64,000 nt of DNA from assembly GCA_002633005.1 (NCBI GenBank), contig NMRA01000085.1, positions 612,619 through 676,618 of the forward strand. The letters are read 5' to 3'. This DNA comes from Phoronis australis. Taxonomy: Eukaryota > Animalia > Phoronida. Positions 61,986-64,000 of this stretch are shown here, in pieces (within the stretch, counting starts at the first letter, position 1; every line of letters starts with the position of its first letter). The position numbers and the translations under genes are program-made. Below the pieces are notes generated by a model. That model saw nothing but the letters and a program-made list of their open reading frames with translations. It did not search any database and was not told the origin of the DNA.

Positions 61986-63296
61986 ATTTACTTGTCCATT
62001 TACATGACTGGTTAAACAGACCCAGACTGCAACAGCAACTATTAAGTCGAATCCACTTTATTTCAGCAAACTGTCTGATTCGTCAAAACGTCACCTGCAA
62101 TTCATGTTGTTGACAAAGTCAATGAAATGTTCGCTCTCCAGACTTAGTCTATTTGTAATATCACATTTTCCAATCTTGGATGAAAGGGCATCAAAACGAA
62201 TAAAATTTTGCTAGTTTATTCGCATTTTACCTACTACCGCCGCTGTCGAAGAGCGCTTCTCTCGGAACGTGCGGTTCGTATTCGTTTTGTTATTCGCATA
62301 CTTTAGTATTGGCACGTACCTCTTTATACCCGTAAAATTTTCCTATTACGGTAATTCTCCACTTATTTCGTACAAGACTAATTACCAAAATAAATAAAAA
62401 TTGATTCTTTTTTCATTTTTCAAAGTCTGATTTTCTTGCTGCAAATAATGCAATGTTTAACAAATATTGTTTAGACACAGTACAAACGAAGTTAGCAATA
62501 GACCAATATTTTCGTAATCTTTGTTTATGAGAGCAAATTTGAAAAAATAAATAAAATTCGATTTGTACGCCATATTGTGTAATAATTTGATGGAGAATTA
62601 CAGCATTGGCGTGTGTTGTTATATTCTTAGTCATGTACAGTAGATATATCGCAAAATTACATTTGTTGAGCTTGACATTAATGAAAAATTCTCTCCGTAC
62701 GGTATTTTAAACCCTATCTAAGAAAAATACGTACGTTCTGATAGTCGATGGATTATTCCGGGGATAAGTTCCGTAGACCCAAGAATCTGGCGTGAAAAGT
62801 GAGATCACTCAAGTCTTCGAAGGACATCGGTATTCAATACAAGCGTAGCACGTACTGTGCGGAACGCGCCGAAGCTTAATGCCTAGGTGCGTTTAATTTG
62901 GGAACTCAAAATTCCGGAGACAGACAAAACTGAAGCCGAGCGTGGACGCGTAAAGTGGAACAGTCGGAGATGCATTTTTGATTGCAAGATTTAATTTAAG
63001 GCATTAATTGCTTGAACGTAGGTAGAGTTGGACTGGCCGGTCTCGTGTAAGTAAATTGCGTGCATTGGGGCATTGGAATTCTCGCTTCACAAAGATATCG
63101 TCACAGTTGAGAACAAACTAAAAAAGTATGAAATGAGAGTAACCAAAAGCCAAGCATAGGCGTTTAAAAGTGACCACTTTGCAAATTCGGGGTAGAGTGA
63201 CAGACGAACTAAGGCGTTAACGGAGGAACACGATAGTATCTTTTGTACATTTTACCAACTCTAGTCACAGCCTTCTAAAGCTCGTTGTCATGACAA

Positions 63297-63511
63297 TTAC
63301 GCAAAATAACCACAGATAAAGGCAGCGATTACGGAAAGCAATATGGCGTTGATATTGGTGAATATGCGCCATCTTGGATTCTCTGAAAGTGAGATGTGTT
63401 TCAAGAGGTTTTCGTGCGCTTCCTCGTCAGTCTCCTCATTTACTAACTCCTTCTCAATCCCGCAAATCCAGTTCACAGCCTTGCGATACCATGGCAGGTT
63501 GTGGGGAACGG
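63297..63511 (-). CDS. SLC5A (SGLT-type sodium/glucose or polyol cotransporter), last coding exon; rest of gene beyond the window
   Basis: ttgcag|CC GTT; VPHNLPWYRKAVNWICGIEK...SLSENPRWRIFTNINAILLSVIAAFICGYFA* matches the SGLT C-terminus (FCG..., SEKPLW...N.N.I.L......FCHAYFA). Missing from the ORF track. Confidence 0.9.
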
Positions 63512-64000
63512 CTGCAAGTATAAGATATTAGAAATACATGTTCCAGAACGATTCTCAAACCACTTATTTGCGGCCAGGATTTCAGTAATAATCGTGATTA
63601 TCACTATTCCGGTTTTCCAATAAAGAAATTTCTAGCGGATTCCGTGACTGACATCTCTGGCATGGAAAATACGTACAAGACGGGCTACAAAAGTAACATT
63701 TAAAGCACCAAAAAATCCATCTCTCCTATCACAAAAGTGATTTGGACAACTTAAGCCTGTTATGAAATAGGTCTCACATTGTTGATCCGTCAAAGTATGT
63801 GATTTCTGGGGTCTGTTTCTTGAAAGTGACGTAAGACTTGGGACAGAAATTTGGTATTACGCTCCCACTTAAGAATTCACTCAAAACGGTTTAGCCAAGT
63901 AATTATGAGTATATAACACTTAGTTTGTAGAAATTATCTCAGTAACTACCAGCTTTGTTGATATTCTGAGAGACTTTAAACTTTTGCTCAAGTGAGAGTT

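Noticed and set aside
63343-63531. Plus-strand ORF and AAGATGGCG YY1-like motif suggesting a promoter
   Set aside because: The region is the antisense of the SLC5A terminal exon; the motif is coding sequence (P-R-W-R).

Overview
AT-rich, intron-rich eukaryotic DNA, most likely from an invertebrate deuterostome: the profilin resembles echinoderm profilins, which suggests a hemichordate or echinoderm. Four protein-coding genes were reconstructed by hand from splice sites and codon phase. (1) The 3' half of an EGFL7/EGFL8-like gene (+, 4 exons, 2278-7578). (2) A complete 10-coding-exon PIP5KL1-like phosphatidylinositol-phosphate kinase gene (+, 15824-57896, about 448 aa). (3) A complete profilin gene (-, 139 aa, CDS 40903-42472, putative TATA promoter near 50980) nested inside the 20.8-kb intron of the kinase gene. 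(4) The last coding exon of an SLC5A/SGLT-type sodium:solute symporter (-, 63297-63511). Between EGFL7 and PIP5KL1 lies a spliced-looking, stop-ridden minus-strand unit (pseudogene or lncRNA) that appears to share a bidirectional promoter with PIP5KL1. The rest is repeats: a decayed Penelope-like retroelement, minimal hammerhead-like motifs, hAT and Tc1/pogo MITEs, a Helentron-type element with internal tandem repeats, tRNA-derived SINE heads, micro- and minisatellites, two N gaps and a probable allelic assembly duplication. All homology calls are from motif recognition, not database searches.
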